Positions 1 through 13,714 are shown, counted from the stretch's first letter. The stretch is DNA of 64,000 bases from Octopus sinensis (GCF_006345805.1 NC_043007.1:49910001-49974000), one strand, 5' to 3'. Notes: a model not told the origin generated them from the letters alone. Program-made: numbers and translations.

Positions 1-480
1 AAACAAGGAAAAAATGTGACAAAAAAGGACGTAAAAAAATACAATTAAAAACATATAAAATAAGATACATTACAAAAAATAGAGTAACAAAGAAGGAATA
101 GAAACAGGACAGGAAAACAATAAAGAGGGCCTATAAGCCTAGACGAAAAAACAATAAAAATATTTTTTCGCGAGCGCAGGAAGAAACATGTTTACTTGAA
201 CAAGGCAGCCGTCGAAAGGAAGTTCGTAGACCAGGCTGTGAGAGAGATGAGGAGGAGTGAGAGAGAGAGAGAGATAGAGAGGAAGGAAGCCCAAGAGGGT
301 GAAAAAAAGAGAGAAGAGGGAGTTATAGGGTTTCGCGTCATAATTATATATAAAAACTAGCTTAGAGAAGAAGGAGAGACGAAACGAAACCAAACGAATC
401 GAATCGAACCGACGCGAAGGCGCTCAGTCATACAATAGTGTAATAAATAAAATATATGCATACATACAAACATATGTATA

Positions 481-880
481 TTTTACCTGTTTCAGTCATT
501 TGACTGCGGCCATGCTGGAGCACCGCCTTTAGTCGAGCAAATCGACCCCAGGACTTATTCTTTGTAAGCCCAGTACTTATTCTATCGGTCACTTTTGCCG
601 AACCGCTAAGAGACGGGGACGTAAACACACCAGCATCGGTTGTCAAGCAATGCTAGAGGGACAAACACATACACACAAACACAAACACACACACACATAC
701 ATATATATATATACATATATACGACAGGCTTCTTTCAGTTTCCGATTACCAAATCCACTCACAAGGCATTGGTCGGCCCGGGGCTATAGCAGAAGACATT
801 GCCCAAAAATGCCACGCAGTGGACTGAACCCGGAACCATGTGGCTGGTTAGCAAGCTACTTACCACCACACCCCACTCCT
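481..880 (-). mobile_element. tRNA-derived CORE-type SINE (octopus OR1/OR2-like), near full length, with internal (CA)/(TA) microsatellite
   Basis: Minus strand has a tRNA-like head (GTGGTAAGTAGCTTGC...GGTTCAGTCC) and a CORE-like TTGGGCAATGTCTTCT block. The same body (CGAACCGCTAAG...GACGTAAACACACC) recurs at 8.5, 11.4, 33.5, 44.2, 59.1 and 60.4 kb. Confidence 0.85.
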
Positions 881-910
881 GCGCCTATATATATATATAT
901 ATATTTATAT

Positions 911-955
<45 letters not shown>

Positions 956-1353
956 TATATTATATTATATTATAGTATAATAGTATAGTATATTATATTA
1001 AATTACATTATATTAAATTACTTTATATTATATTAATGACAATAAGAATTCTTGAAAGAAGCAGGTACATGAATGATATGCACCGGGTAGTGTTGAGTTG
1101 ACCTGTGATCACCACTTTTAGTCGAATAAATATCCTGTAAAATATTTAGTTTTTGCACACAGAGAAAAATCCACCTCTACGAGTATCTAGCGTGTTGATC
1201 AGACGTTGTTTGGTATACTCTAGGATGTCCGACATGTCGTGAATCCTTTTGCTGTATTATGAGCAAATGAATAATAACATATGATGGATAAATGTCTGTA
1301 ATGGCATCGGCTGTTATTACTCATTTGTTTGTTTGTATGTGTGTGTGTGTGTA

Positions 1354-1436
<83 letters not shown>

Positions 1437-2240
1437 TTAAAGAGAGATAGAGAGCGAGAGATAAATAGATACACACACACGCACACATAAGAGTTTGATT
1501 CGGTCCCATGCAACTTAATACTTTTTGAGTTCGACAAACGAATCCATCTCGCTTACCTAATTCTGATGAGGTATGTTCGCTTGACGTCTACGAATTTTAC
1601 TTGCACGGAACCGAGTTAAACTGTTATTATGTATATAAATATATAAAATACATATGCATACACACATAAAATTTCCAGTACGCTTTAAAAATTGTACACC
1701 ATCGTCACATTACCAACCAGAGAGAAATATTAAGTCATGTAATTAATAACTTGCTATTTCGTCAACTCCGTGGTCAGGATTCATCAGATTGTCCTTGACC
1801 ACAAAAAAACTGTAAGAACCACTTCTTCATGTGGAATGTAACTGTAAAACGTCGAGTATCCGCTAAGGCGCAATATAGTTTTAACTAGAGTACAGATACA
1901 GTATACTGAAAGTTAACTGCGGCAACAAATTACAATTATACGTTTAATAGACATCAGTTTAGGCTCACTGTGAGAATAAATAAATCACTTAGTTAATCCT
2001 CATAATGTTTCTCGGTAGTTAAGAAGATCCATTTAGATTTATTGATTAGTTTTGGCTTTTTGTTTATTTTTTTCTTGATTTGTTGTCTTACATCTCGCAA
2101 GATAATTGCGACCTTATTAACGTCACGAACTGCAGTGAACTATAAGAAACTCTTTCTTCGTAATTTTACGTTCTTCCCTAAACACGCACTCGCGCGAGCG
2201 CACAGTTTTCGTAGTAGTGTCCTTTCATATCAAATTAGAT

Positions 2241-2565
2241 CATTGGTTCTCAACCAGGCGGCATATAAAATATTTGGGGGTCCACACAACAAAATAGTAA
2301 ATCCACAATAGTATTTTAAGGGTTCCTAAAAAGGTTTTGCTCTAGATGTGTGGTATATATTGCACGAAACAGCTAGGTCTATCTCTTGTACGTTTTACAT
2401 AGTTCAACTTACGCAAGTGAATGTGTGAAAAACAAAATAAGAATTTTGAAAGAAGTTTCTATAAAACTGGTTTTTAAATATCGAATGGCTAAGGGGGTCC
2501 ACTACAATAAAATATTAATCAAAGGGGTCCATAGATGAAAAAGCAAAAATGGCTGAGAAACCGTG
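2241..2565. mobile_element. hAT/Charlie-like MITE
   Basis: Imperfect TIRs CATTGGTTCTCAACC / GGCTGAGAAACCGTG and subterminal GGGGTCC motifs. The flanking 8-mers AATTAGAT and GTTTAGAA share the central TTAGA, resembling a Charlie-type target site. Confidence 0.65.
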
Positions 2566-3112
2566 GTTTAGAAGATCTTAGCTCTTTTGTGTCCATAATC
2601 CTGTTGTAATATATTTTCTATGAACTTGAATTAGTTTTAAAATAATGACGAATTTAAAGCTTTTACTAAAATAACTCAATAATTTGATATTATTAATTTG
2701 ATATTTGAAACGTAAATTATTACGATACAGAATTATAATGAAGTGTAAATTTATATATAAACACATTAAATTCGATAGTGCCGTGTCAAAGAACTAGCGG
2801 GTTTGTATCAAAAGTGTTGTAAACGAGAACAAATTGAGTTAACTACTTTTGTGTGAGATGCGTGAGGCGTAAACGATGTAGCAGAGTGTGTATAATTAAC
2901 ACGAAGCGCAAACATGTTATAAATGTTATTAATTCGAGTTAACTTTACGAGAAATAAGGAATGCTACTGAGGGTTTCTTAGTCACTGAATCTCTGTGTTT
3001 CTGTATTTGCAAATAAATATATTATTGCAACGGGAACCTATACAAACAGTGAATCTTATGTATGCAATATCTATCTATCTATCTATCTATCTATTTTAGA
3101 CTCTGTATGTGT

Positions 3113-3154
<42 letters not shown>

Positions 3155-4159
3155 TGTTGTGTGCGTGCATGTGTGCGTGCGTTTGTGCATGTGCATGTTT
3201 GGGCTTGTGTTTGTAGGTGTGTGCATTCACACGCCCGCACACACACACAAACAACACACACACACACACACAACCATATCGCAAAGAAAAGTAAACCGTT
3301 TTGTTCTTCGTTTGGCTGTTCCTATTCATTATTCCAGCATTCGTTTTTATATATTTTTGTAATATTCTCTCCCTCTCACGCTCCTTCCTCTCTTCCTCTC
3401 TCCCGCTTTCTCTCCTACTATTTCCCCCCTATCACCCGCGCTCTCTCTCTCTCTCTCCCTCCCTATGTCACTATGTATGCACATTGATTCGCAAGGATGA
3501 CTTATTACCGAAAATGTTTGTTTAAAACTAAACATTCACATAATAAATGCCGAAACCTTCCTAGTGGAGGAACACTAAAGATTAATGCGAAAAGCCCCGA
3601 TGTCTAAACGGTGGCGCCGATGTGGTTCAATAATATGAAGAAATAACTAAAAGAAAAAAATATAAATGGGGACACAAAGACCAAAGAAAAAAAAGTATAT
3701 ATATATATATAGCAACATCAACAACAACAAAGACAATTAACAAGGAAAGCAACTGCAACAACAACACCAACGACGACAATGACACGAACGATAATGATAA
3801 AAAAAAACTAACATAAGCAGCAGCGACAAAAACAACACCGATGACTTAAACAATAACGATATAAACAATTTGTGCACAACAACAATAACAATAAAACATT
3901 AACAATAAGAACAACATTGACAAAGAAAAGGAAAACGAAATAGAAACACTACAGCAATAACAAAAAAAAAAGAAAAAAAACAGATGCCACCGTTGATTTG
4001 TGTTTGAGATGTAAACTGTGGAAGTTTGTCTGTGAGAAGCACTGCAACAGAAAGGCAGACATGAGTTGTCTAAGAAACTGGTCAACGGTCACATATCGAA
4101 ATGGTTCATCTGATACTGGTGTTGCTGTTTATGTATATATATTATATTATATATATATA

Positions 4160-4202
<43 letters not shown>

Positions 4203-4336
4203 GTGTGTGTGTGTGTGTGTGTGCGTGTGTGTGTGTATAAATGTATGTATGTATATATGTATATATGTATATATATATATGTATACGTATTACGTATGTA
4301 TGTATATGAGTGTGAGTATGTGTGGTGTGTGTATAT

Positions 4337-4383
<47 letters not shown>

Positions 4384-4453
4384 TACATATACATATATAT
4401 GTATACATATACAATATATATAGACACAGACACACACACACACATATTTATAA

Positions 4454-4513
<60 letters not shown>

Positions 4514-4564
4514 GGACAGAGACAGTCAGGCAGACAAACAAATAGATATACATATATATATATA

Positions 4565-4838
4565 TCACCGTGATCACCGACCAAGCTATCACAATGCGCT
4601 TTGCATTGTTTTAGCCTTCAAATGACGCCACCCCTCTGGCTACGCAAGCAAGCCAACAGAAGAAAGAGTGAGAGAAAGTTGTGGTGAAAGAGTACTGCAG
4701 GGTTCGCCACCACCCACTGCCGGAGCCTCATGGAGCTTGTAGGTGTTTTCGCTCAATAAACACCCACAACGCCCAATATAGGAATTGAAACCGCGATCCT
4801 ACGACCGCGAATCCGCTGCCCTAACCACTGGGCCATTG
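4565..4838 (-). mobile_element. tRNA(Arg-like)-derived SINE
   Basis: Minus head TGGCCCAGTGGTTAGGGCAGCGGATTCGCGGTCGTAGGATCGCGGTTTCAATTCC carries A- and B-box-like motifs. It is flanked by microsatellites. Confidence 0.7.
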
Positions 4839-4926
4839 GCATCGACATACACACACGCACACACGCACACACACACACACTCACTCGCGCGCACACACAC
4901 ACACACACATACACACACACACACAC

Positions 4927-4997
<71 letters not shown>

Positions 4998-5844
4998 CGT
5001 ATGCATACAGGCTATTTTAAAATATGTATATACACAATATATGATTATATATTAAGTTTAAACCAAAGCTCTAATACATTTCACTTTCAATATTTAATTG
5101 AATATATACAGAGAGTTTAGTTTTTTCCCTTTCAATACCTGTTTTCAGTCAAAATACAATCAAAAAGAAATGCCCAGTTATTTCTTTTTAGGATAAACCA
5201 CACTATAATGCAACTCCTACTGAACTAACATTATGTATTCGCGTGATATACGGTTTCTCAGGTCACCCTTAAGTGCAACTGTAGAGGTTAATTGAACTAA
5301 TTAATTTAAATATAGTCTCATCACCCCAATCAATATTTGTTGGAAGGTGTGCATCTTTACACATCTTGCTAAGTACCACTCGCAAAGCCCCACTTCTCGA
5401 TCGGATCACTTTCATTAAGAGCATGCACTACCTTTGAAATGTAACTATTCCAATTACAGATCCTACAAACGCGATGGACGCTAGATTTTCAAATTCCTAT
5501 TTCCTGACTTTCTTCCCACACCGATATTCTGTGGCAAGGAAGTCAAACAGTGGGGAGGATAAACGCAAATATATATAAAGATAAATTAAATATGGAGATA
5601 TTCTATTGACAATCAAATAATTTATTTATACTATTATATTAAATACTATGAATATGAATATAATATATAACATAACATAATATTATATAAATAATTATAA
5701 AAGCCATAAAAGGCCAACAAATTGTTTCGACTTATTTATATTTTTTTTCTGATTTACATAATCACAGTTCCATTATATATATATATAGTCACTTCAGGGT
5801 ATTTGGTTCAGAAAAGAAGAAATTCCGTGTTTTGGGGAGTGGGC

Positions 5845-5945
5845 CAGTCGATTAGATCGACCTCGGTAAGCAACTGGTACTTAATTTATCGACCTCGAAA
5901 TGATGAAAGGCAAAGTCGACTTACGCAGAATTTGAAACACAGAGT
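5845..5945 (-). mobile_element. SINE fragment, same family as 54320-54556
   Basis: Reverse complement contains GTCGACTTTGCCTTTCATCATTTCGAGGTCGATAAATTAAGTACCAG. Confidence 0.65.
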
Positions 5946-6739
5946 CGAAACAATTTGTTGGTCTTTTATGGTTTTTATAATTATTTATATAATACTATAT
6001 TATGTCATATATTATATTCATAGTATTTAATGTAATATTGTAATATAAATAAATTATTTGATTGTCAATAGAATAATCTATACTTAATTAATCATTATTA
6101 TTGAATTATACCAATATTTATATGGTACCCAACTGAAGTACCAGTGAATTGGATGTTTAACACACTACTTTAAAGGATTTCTTTTCCTCAGTTTCCAACT
6201 TTATATAGGAGTACACCCCCACACCTCCACACACCCCACACACATATGTATAAGCATGTAGATCGCAAGAAGTTATAGATCGTAAGAATTTACAAGGTGA
6301 TACACAAGTACTCAGCACTGAGGGTAAAGAAACAGCTGTAAGCTACTAAGTTTATTACGTAATTCCTGTTCTACTGTCATTTAATCTTGTATGTATAGAC
6401 ATAAACACCTATATACGTATATACGACAAGCTTCCACACAATTTCTGCCTATCAAGTTCACTCACATGGTTTGGGTCACATCGGTGCAATAGTTAAAGAG
6501 AGGAAGAGAGAGAGAGAGTGAGTGTGTGAGAGAGAGAGAGAGAGAGAGTGAGAGAGAAAAACAGAGAGAAAGAGAGAGAATTACATGTTGCAATGCCTAT
6601 TAAATGACTGATATTTCATTAATTGACTCGGAATGAATGACAATATCGTTGGCCTACGGTTTTTGGTGTCAGAGTATGTAAATCTGCATTAAAGTAGATT
6701 CCACAGACACCATCTATTACTTGGTCATGCCACTCCCGT

Positions 6740-7835
6740 CTTCTTTTCTTCCTCTTCTTCTTTCATTCTCTTCTCCTTTCTTTCTTCTTCTTCTTCTCTT
6801 TCTCTTCTTCTTCTTCTTCTTCTTTTATTCTTCTCTCTTCTTCTTCTTCTTCTTCTTCTTCTTCTTCTTCTTCTTCTTCTTTCTTCTTCTTTTCTTCTTC
6901 CTTCTTCTTCTTCTCTCTTCTTCTTTCTTCTTTCTTCTTTTCTTCTTATTCTTCTTCTTCTTCTTCTTTCTTCTTCTTCTTTTCTTATTCTTCTTCTTCT
7001 TTTTCTTTCTTTCTCTTCTTCTTCTTCTTCTTAGTTCTTCTTCTTCTTTCTTCTTCTTCTTTTCTATTCTTCTTTTCTTTCTTCTTCTTCTTCTTCTTCT
7101 CTTATTCTTCTTCTTCTTCTTCTTTCTTCTTTTCTTCTTCTTCTCTCTTCTCTCTTCTTCTTCTTCTTATTCTTCTTCTTCTTCTTCTTCTTCTTCTCTT
7201 CTTATTACTTCTTCTTCTTCTTCCTCCTCCCTCCTCTCCGCCCATCGTCCTCAGTTCTTGATTCTTCTTCTTCTTTCTTCATCCTCCTCCTGCCTCATCC
7301 TCCTCCTAGTGTTCCTCCCCCTTCTTCTTCTTTCTTCTTCTCCTTCTCCTTCTCCTCCCTCCTCCTCTTCCTCCTCCCTCATTCTTCTTCTTCTTTTTTT
7401 TTTTCATCCTCCTCTCCTCATCATCTCTCCTCATCCTCAATCCTCCTTTCCGCATCCTCCCTAGCCTCCTCTCCTCCTCCTGTTTTCCCTCCTTCTTCTT
7501 CTTGCTTCTTCTCTTCTTCTTCCTCCTCATCCTCATCCCCTCCTCCTCTCCTCTTCTTATTCTTATTTTCTTCTTCTTCCTCCTACCTCCCATCCTCCTC
7601 GTCTCTCCTTCTTCTTCTTCTTCTTCTTCTTCTTCTCCTTCTCCTTCTCCTCCTCATCCCTTTTCCTCCTCCTCCTTCTTCTCTCTTCTTCTCTCTCTCC
7701 TCCTCCTCCTCCCTCCCCTCCACCTCCTTCTTCTTTTATTCTTTTCTTCTTCTTCTTCTTCTTCTTCTTCTTCTTCTTCTTCTTCTTCTTCTTCTTCTTC
7801 TTCGTCTTCTTCTTCCACTTACTCGGCTGCTGCTG
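6740..7835. repeat. ~1.1-kb polypyrimidine tract, (CTT)n grading into (CCT)n
   Basis: Almost only C/T on the + strand. It produces the spurious poly-F/L/S ORFs. Confidence 0.95.
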
Positions 7836-7926
7836 CTTAAACCATTAAATTTCAGAACCAAATATTTCTCTGTACCCATAAACACAAATTCGTCAGATCT
7901 GTTACTACCTACCGAGCCTTCACAAA

Positions 7927-7969
<43 letters not shown>

Positions 7970-8183
7970 AAAATGTCTTACCTATTTCAAAACTATGGAA
8001 ATATTTACAAAACATTTCATTTAATTTTTTCTTCAATTTCATTGTTATTCTTCTTAATTAATATCCACCTTTGTTTTACTCTTAGTTGAAAAAGTCTAAA
8101 AGTCTAAAACCGGTACTAACCGTTACAAAATGTATTTCATGATAAAATTATTTTAGCATTCTCTACCTTGTATTATCTTCCAA

Positions 8184-8428
8184 GTGGCTTACTGGTTGAG
8201 ATATTCGGCTCACAATTGTAAGGTCGTGAGTTTAATTCCCAGCTACGCGTTGTGTTCTTGAGCAAGACACTCTTATCACTCTCTGTATCACGCTGAATCT
8301 CCCTGAGAACTGCATTAAGGGTACACGTGTCCGTGAAGTGCTCCACCACTTGCACGTTAATTTCACAAGAGAGCTGTTCCGTTGATCGTATCAGCTGGTA
8401 CCCTCGTCGTCGTAACCCACGGAGTGCT
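8184..8428 (+). mobile_element. tRNA-derived SINE
   Basis: Head AGTGGCTTACTGGTTGAGATATTCGGCTCACAATTGTAAGGTCGTGAGTTTAATTCC followed by CORE-like TTGAGCAAGACACT. A related copy lies at 50420-50541 (-). Confidence 0.65.
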
Positions 8429-8526
8429 CCTCCCCCCTCCTCCTCTCCTCCTCCTCTCCTCCCCTCCTCCCCCCCCTCCTCCTCCTCCTACCACTACTAT
8501 ATAAATATTCTTTTTTCTTTTTTTCT

Positions 8527-8744
8527 TTCACTTGTTTCAGGCATTTGACTGTTGTCATGCTGGAGTACAGCCTTTAGTCAAAAAAATCCACCCCAGTACT
8601 TATTCTTTGTAAGCCTAGTACTTATTTTATTGGTCTCTTTTGCCGAACGGCTAAGTTACGGGTACGTAAACACACCAACATCCTTTGTCAAGCGATGGTG
8701 GTGGAACAAACACATACAAATACATACACACACGCACACGCACA

Positions 8745-8824
<80 letters not shown>

Positions 8825-9004
8825 AACATATATATACATACATATACGACGAGCTTCTTTCAGTTTCTGCCTGCCAAGTCCACTCACAAGGCTTTGGTCG
8901 GCCCAAGGCTACAATAGAAGACGCTTGCCCAATGTGCCACGCAGTGGAACTGAACTTGGAACAATGTGGTAGGGAAGCAAGCTTCTTACGACACAGTCAC
9001 TCCC
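8527..9004 (-). mobile_element. CORE-type SINE, second near-full-length copy of the 481-880 family
   Basis: Collinear with 481-880, with an expanded internal (CA)n. Confidence 0.85.
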
Positions 9005-9197
9005 GAGTATGCATGTGCGTATGTACCTATGTTTGTAAGAATGTACAGATATATGTATGGCAATGTGCGTTCAGCTGGATGAGTATGTGAATGTGTGTAC
9101 GTATTTATATGGTTAGGAAAAATAACAAATGCTGTAAAATTTGTTTCGTACGTTATTTACATTATTTGCAGTATTTACCACTACGCCATATGCCCAC

Positions 9198-9490
9198 GGG
9201 AATATGGCGTACTGGTTAAGAGCGCAGGCTACTAACCCCAATATTCCGAGTTCGATTCAAGGCAGTGACCTGAATAATAAAAATAACAATAATAACAACA
9301 ACAACAACAACAATAGCAACAACAACAGCGAAAAATACCTCAGAAATGAGAACCCAGGTTCGAAATTTCCCTAAGACACCTGATGAAGGCTGGAGGGTAT
9401 ATCAGCCGAAACGTTGTGTTAACAAACAAGATGAGAACAAATATCCGTCAATTGTAAATAATGTACATATCTCATCTCTTAAATATAAAA
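9198..9490 (+). mobile_element. tRNA-headed short element with (AAC)n linker and Penelope-type hammerhead tail
   Basis: A box TGGCGTACTGG, B box GAGTTCGATTC, (AAT/AAC)n at ~9275-9328, then a hammerhead motif at 9375-9420. Confidence 0.65.
9375..9420 (+). ncRNA. Minimal type I hammerhead ribozyme
   Basis: Stem I GACAC(9375-79)/GUGUU(9416-20). Core CUGAUGA(9380-86) plus an extra A. Stem II GGCUG/CAGCC, then GAAA(9408-11). Stem III is the palindromic ACGU (dimer type). Predicted cleavage after GUU at 9415. Confidence 0.7.
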
Positions 9491-10329
9491 CTGAATTTGT
9501 TTTTTGTACTATGAGTGAAATACAAGGTACTGGTTTTAGCAATCAAATTTATATTGTGTGCTTATATGCTTGAATGTATGTATGTATGCATGCAAGCGTT
9601 TATTGAAATTCTTGAGAGTTCAAACCGATCGCTAACAAGGCAACAAGATTTTTTAAGTTGAGTTCTGTATATATACATGTGTGTGTGTGTGTGTGTGAGT
9701 GTTTGTATGTTTCTGTATAAACAGACGCGCACATTGCATATAACATAATATAACTAAATAAGAAAAATGTAATATATTTTTAAAATAAATTATATTCGGC
9801 AAATAGATTTTGATCGACGATACACTCATAATGCACTTTGAGAGATAATTATATCTATCTACCTGTCTGCTGTTTGCTTGTCTCATGTTTATTTGTCTGT
9901 CTGCCTGTCTGTATGTATGTCTTTTTGCCTGTCAGCCTGTTTGTCTGCTTCTCTGTCTGTCTACGCATCTGTTTATGTGCCATAAACGTATACAACTAAA
10001 TGGACACACACACACGCACTCACACACACACTAACACACGCAAAACACACACACATATATACATATAAATGAATGCTAATATGTATGTGTGCGTGTTTAG
10101 AGGTATATATGTATGTATGTATATAGCTATATATATATATAGATATATATATATTTATTTATCCATATATATACATACATGCATACATGCGCGCACGCAA
10201 ACACGCACAAACATATATATATATAGATACACATGTACACATATGTGTGCGTATATGCATATTTCATGTATGTGTATATGCGCCTATATATATATATATA
10301 AATACACATACATAATACATACGTACGTC

Positions 10330-10368
<39 letters not shown>

Positions 10369-10820
10369 CTGTGTGTATAAGTATACAGACACACACACAC
10401 ACATACTCACGCATGGTGAGAGTAATACAGAGAGAGGGAGAGTGAGAGAGAAAATGGGGATGCAGAAAGTATGAAACGAGTAATAAAAACACGGAACTGT
10501 TATAAAAGATTGAATTATCTTTCTTGTGACAAAAAAAAAAACAGATAAAGGAAACGAAACAAAGAGGTAAACTATAACGATGGGTGTCAAAATGAAATAA
10601 GTAGGAAATAACGAATATGTCGGAGAAAATCTAAGAAATAAAGAAACGAAATGTGTGATATTGCAAGAAAAGATTGGTGAGAAGGAAAGTGATAGAAAAA
10701 GTTGATTATCGGTAAAGCTATGAAATAAAAACTTTCACCGAGTGAATAATAACTTTTGGAGAATAATTACAGCATAATGGATTTTGTTCTACTTAGAGTT
10801 TATAGATACGTTATATGACA

Positions 10821-10868
<48 letters not shown>

Positions 10869-10959
10869 TATATATATATGCATTAAGAGTAAGAGAGACA
10901 AAGATAAATGGGAGAATATAATGAAGGAGTGGTAGGTAGGTAAGGAGCTGCGTATGTTG

Positions 10960-11262
10960 ATATGCGCGTATACATACATATATAAATACATACATACATA
11001 CGTAAATAGATACATACATGCAAACGTACATACATACAAACATACGTACATACATACATGCATACATACATACAAACATACATACCTACGTACATACATA
11101 CATACAAACATACATACATGCATACATACATACAAACATACATACATACAAACATACATATATACAAGCATACATACATACATATGTACGTACATACATA
11201 CGTACATACATACATACACACATACATACACACATACATACGTACATACATACAAACATAAA

Positions 11263-11296
<34 letters not shown>

Positions 11297-11345
11297 CATA
11301 CATACATACATACATACATACATACATACATACATACAAGCATGC
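10960..11345. repeat. (CATA)n microsatellite
   Basis: Direct inspection. Similar tracts at 16660-16900, 30227-30395, 59320-59410 and 63800-63980. Confidence 0.95.
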
Positions 11346-11365
11346 ATATCTTTTGTCTTTCATCC

Positions 11366-11560
11366 TTTACTTGTTTTAGTCATCAGACTGCGGCCATGCT
11401 GGGGCACCTTAGTGAAGAATTTTCAGTTAAATGTTTCAACCGCAATACTTATTTTTTTAAAGCCTAGTACTTATTCTATCGGTTTCTTTTGCTACACACC
11501 GCTAAGTTACGAAGACGTAAACACACTAGCTGGTGTGTCGTCAAGTGATGATGGCGGGCA
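11366..11560 (-). mobile_element. CORE-type SINE, 3' half
   Basis: Matches the 3' part of 481-880. Confidence 0.75.
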
Positions 11561-11869
11561 CACATACGCATACATACACGCACGCACACAAACACACATA
11601 TGCACAAACTAACACGCACTCACACACAGAAACACTCACATACGCACGCACAAACATCTACATATATACTCATACAGGAGCCTTAACTCCTTGATGTAGT
11701 CGTAGTAATGTCGTTGTATCATATGGAGAGTTTTGGTCCGTTTTTTGACCTGGTGGTGTTCATCTGATCTCAGCCGATTTCTTCGACATGGTCCGTTAAA
11801 ATTTCAGCCCCCCCCCCACACACACACCATAAACCTGTGCATCAATGGTCAGTCTACCTCTTTAATCCC

Positions 11870-12850
11870 ACACAAAGAATACTACAAGTACCTAGGTATT
11901 GATGGAAACGAATGATACGAAGGTAGTGTGAATAATAATAAGTGACCCAAGAATATTATACCAGACTTAGAAAAACATGGTAGCTTCTTACAACAAGACG
12001 ATATCCCATTTACATTTGCAGTACTAGCGCTGATTCAAACATTTAGGATATTTGACTGCTCATGTAGAGGAAGTCCACTCGATAAAAGTTAAAACCCGCA
12101 AGAAGCTGACATCAACTGGAAGTCTCCACAGGATTCGACAGACTCTACTTAAGAAGACATGAAGGAGGTAGAGGTTTGAAATCAGTGCAGACAGCCTTTT
12201 AATGACACATAATCTCTTTCAGACAGCACTTGCTAAACAACAGCAGCAAAAATAGAGCAATATCCTACGTGTCAGCAGTGAGCCCCTCGGGAAGACTTTC
12301 CTTTTGATGAAACTCATACAAATACCCAATTCACAAAAGAATCAGGACTAACATACCTCAAAGAAGACCTGGATGTGAAATGCTCAGTATACCCCACACT
12401 CTCAAAAAATAAGACGACAGTAATATGGACATGAAGCGCAGTCTCTCTTGAACTCGTGACATCACATCACACTTCGATTGCAATCTCCTGTTTGTAATCG
12501 TGACAGCTATATCACATAGCAATTACCTAATGAATAAAAGGAACAGCGAAGCCCCTGAATCTGCAAGATCCAGCCAAAAATGTAGATTAGGTCATATTTT
12601 TGTGGGACGCATAACACCTGTGTTTAGCAACTACCCAAAATTATCATTAACGTACTACCAGCCTACGCGATATGACACTATCTCAAATACAGTATAAAAT
12701 GTCATCCGAAAGACTAACCTGGAATAAATATAGTGAGTCCTCCTATTATTGAATACATGCATAAATACCAACACAAGGAATACTAGTGGAACATTCTCGT
12801 CAAAAAATCCGTCAAGTGTAAATATAACACGCCAGATATTGTTGTCTGGC
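11870..12850 (+). pseudogene. Degenerate R4/Dong-clade non-LTR retrotransposon, RT thumb to restriction-like endonuclease
   Basis: Manual translation across frameshifts gives YYKYLGID, KTRKKLTSTGS, EGGRGLKSVQTA and KYNTPDIVVW. Confidence 0.7.
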
Positions 12851-13029
12851 GTGTTGTATGTACGTATATATGTACATACATACGTACATACATACATAGT
12901 GATGTTGGCAGTATCTATCTCAGAAGTGAAGCAATCGGAAGACCTTTAAGCTCAGGGCAGACAGCATTTGAGTGCTGTATGTTAGCTGTCAGACAGCGTC
13001 TATTAAACAACCGTAGCAAAAATTATATA

Positions 13030-13714
13030 CATCAACTAGATACTCGAAAGTAAAAATATATATTCCGTTATAAAAATTATGTGTACAAAATCATACAAAA
13101 AGTATATAGATATATTAATACATTAACAATACATTAAAATATATAAATATATCAATAGAAATGCCCTCAGAATATATTAAGATTATACAAATACTTTTTA
13201 TAAACTCCGACTTAGACCCACCCTTACCAACGACATATCAATCTAAATTAACCTCACAAGGACGATACTCTATCTACCAAACAAAGGGGAAATCATGTAA
13301 CTGACACGCATCCAATGTATGCCCTCTTGAATGATATTGCTTATGCAAAAATGTGATATCTAAATGCATTGTGATGACACCCCACAACCGCCAGGCAATG
13401 ATATATATTGGGAGCACAGTAGTCTTTAAGCATTGATATCGTGCATATATTTCTTCTTTTACGAACCCCAAAACCAAATTTTCTACTGCACTAGTTACAT
13501 ATATCCATAATCTCAAAGTACAAAATATAGAGTACAAACTATCCTGGTCAATAGTAACAATCAATATACACGTAAATGTAAACTCTGAATTAAAGAATCA
13601 TTAATTATTCTGCCTAAGTATAATTCTTCAATGTTAAATAGGTTCTCAGATGTTATCTTCTCTTGTAGACACAGGTATTATTCGACCTTTAGACGTATGC
13701 CTAACTCTTCATAA
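13030..13714 (+). pseudogene. Penelope-like element (Naiad-type) C-terminal GIY-YIG endonuclease with in-frame TGA codons
   Basis: One frame reads ...YKYINRNALRIY...KSCN*HASNVCPLE*YCLCKNVISKC...MIYIGSTVVFKH*YRAYISSF...STALVTYIHNLK...LSWSIV. After a frameshift it reads RKCKL*IKESLIILPKYNSSMLNRFSDVIFSCRHR...stop at 13712-14. The motif order is the same as the open copy at 42.5 kb. Confidence 0.8.

Noticed and set aside
1740-1800. Minus-strand CUGAUGA...GACGAAAUAGC hammerhead-like motif
   Set aside because: The first pair of stem II is mismatched, and stem I cannot form in the same register as stem III. At best a dead remnant.
5160-5590. Possible exons (DKPHYNATPTEL..., PTNAMDARF...) and a ~16-bp hairpin at ~5504-5545
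   Set aside because: No recognisable protein family or consistent splice phase; the hairpin alone is not diagnostic of a miRNA.
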